The translations under genes and the position numbers were made by a program. The notes under the pieces are model-generated. The model was not told where the DNA came from. It saw nothing but the letters and a program-made list of their open reading frames with translations, and did no database searches. From the NCBI RefSeq assembly GCF_009834535.1, contig NC_045697.1, positions 26,910,001 to 26,974,000 on the forward strand: a stretch of DNA of 64,000 nucleotides, in the 5' to 3' direction. This document shows positions 62,814 to 64,000 of the stretch, piece by piece; the first letter of the stretch is position 1; every line of letters begins with the position of its first letter. This DNA is from Camelus ferus (lineage: Eukaryota).

Positions 62814-64000
62814 CAAATGTTTTTCCTGCTCACATATATAAAGAAAGAAAAATCTCTGTATCCCAGATGATAAACCACTCATTCTTAAAAAACAGGAAAG
62901 ATGCTAGAGTTCCAGTATTAATTATTAATGTGCTCATGAAATGTACAGATGTGTGAAATTGCGTTTAGGTTTTTTTTTTTTTTTTGGTCAAAGCTCATCC
63001 AGGAAGAAAGTCTTGACAGAGAATTTCTAGAAATCACATTTACATGGCTATGTCACCTGGAAGTTAGAGGGTAGTTTTAAAATTAACTGTGTGGGAAGAA
63101 GCAGCTTAACTCATCCCATTATGCAGATGAGAGAGGAGCGAGCTATATACGGACCATTTGGACTGGAGTTAGCTCTACAGGAAATGATCGAAATTGTGAA
63201 ATTGCTGCTTGACTTCAAATGATTGTGTGGATCACTAAACACAGCCTTAATCTCTCCTTACATTTTACAATCCTGACAACTGTGTAAATCCAGTCTGCAG
63301 AGGGAAGGTCTAAAGGTGCAAAATAACGTAACAAAATGGCCCAGGTGTGCCCCCAGTTTCCTGAGAGAAAGGACATGAAGGGCGAGGCCGCAGGCTGGAC
63401 TGGGACAAGAGCTCCCTACCACTATCACAGGGCTATTGAACATGCAGCCGTCTTCTTTCAAATACAGTTGTGACAACTGCATGCAAGGGTTTCTGTATAA
63501 CAGAACATCCGGTTTTTAACCTATTTCCTGGGCTGCAAAAGAACACTTTTAATAAGAAACCACAATCTTTTCATGTCTTTTTGAAATGCCCATTTGTGCT
63601 GGGTGTAAAGAAGAGTTGCAGGAAAGGGCATTACAGATTCAGTCAAAACACCTGTTCATTTCTGTCATTGTACTAACAACAGTCTGTGCAATAGAAATCA
63701 GTTGTTCAGAAGCGTAAATTATTTCCTAGGCCCCTGCAGTAAATCTTAGTAGAAGGAAAGCTTTCTTGACTTGCCATCTATGGAATACGGATGACATCTG
63801 CCTTACTCTCATTCCTCCTCTGTCCTGTGTAAAACGCAGATAGATGACCAAATACTCTGGGACAAACTGAATATGCCTGTCTTTGTGCTAAAATATTCCA
63901 CAGATCTTAAGGGTGTCCAAAGGCTCTTATTGTCCCTGTGTGAAATTACTGTCTTACTTCTACTCACTCTATGTGTGCACCCTTCTTGATCTGTCTCCCT
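62814..64000 (+). other. NWD2: NWD2 3' UTR (partial, probably continues past the window)
   Basis: Follows the stop codon in the same exon; I saw no canonical AATAAA before the window ends. Confidence 0.7.

Noticed and set aside
59122..62882. Overlapping and antisense ORFs inside the big exon (e.g. 61787..62230, 61046..61420, 60585..60962)
   Set aside because: Expected shadows of a GC-richer coding exon; no recognisable protein features.
1..64000. CRISPR arrays, operons, rRNA or other prokaryote-style systems
   Set aside because: The sequence is mammalian intron/exon DNA; I saw no regularly spaced repeat arrays, rRNA-like sequence or gene clusters.

Overview
Mammalian genomic DNA, most likely a camelid: there is a tRNA-Ala-derived Vic-1-like SINE and cetartiodactyl-type L1 and LTR elements, and I saw no Alu, BovB/Bov-A or PRE-1. 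The window holds the 3' part of NWD2 (KIAA1239; NACHT + WD40 STAND NTPase) on the + strand. About 50.9 kb of one long intron is followed by four coding exons with intact GT-AG sites and a continuous frame: 50913-51116, 53185-53329, 54833-55422 and 58881-62813 (ends in TGA). The start of the 3' UTR follows. The introns are packed with transposon fossils (L1, L2, MIR, Tigger, MER5/20/33/81, ERV1/ERVL/MaLR solo LTRs), several nested and several with readable target-site duplications. Nearly all short ORFs in the supplied track are noise. I found no convincing new multi-gene system. The most unusual feature is a ~325-bp retroposon at 34968-35292 that looks like an L1 5' end joined at an AG directly to an L1 3' UTR end, i.e. 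a candidate spliced, ORF-less L1 retrocopy. Lesser candidates are strong CTCF motifs, two half-LTRs fused back to back, a poly(A)-only insertion and a possible decayed Gypsy/PNMA-like gag. Repeat family names come from recalled consensus sequences, not a database search; repeat boundaries without a TSD are approximate.
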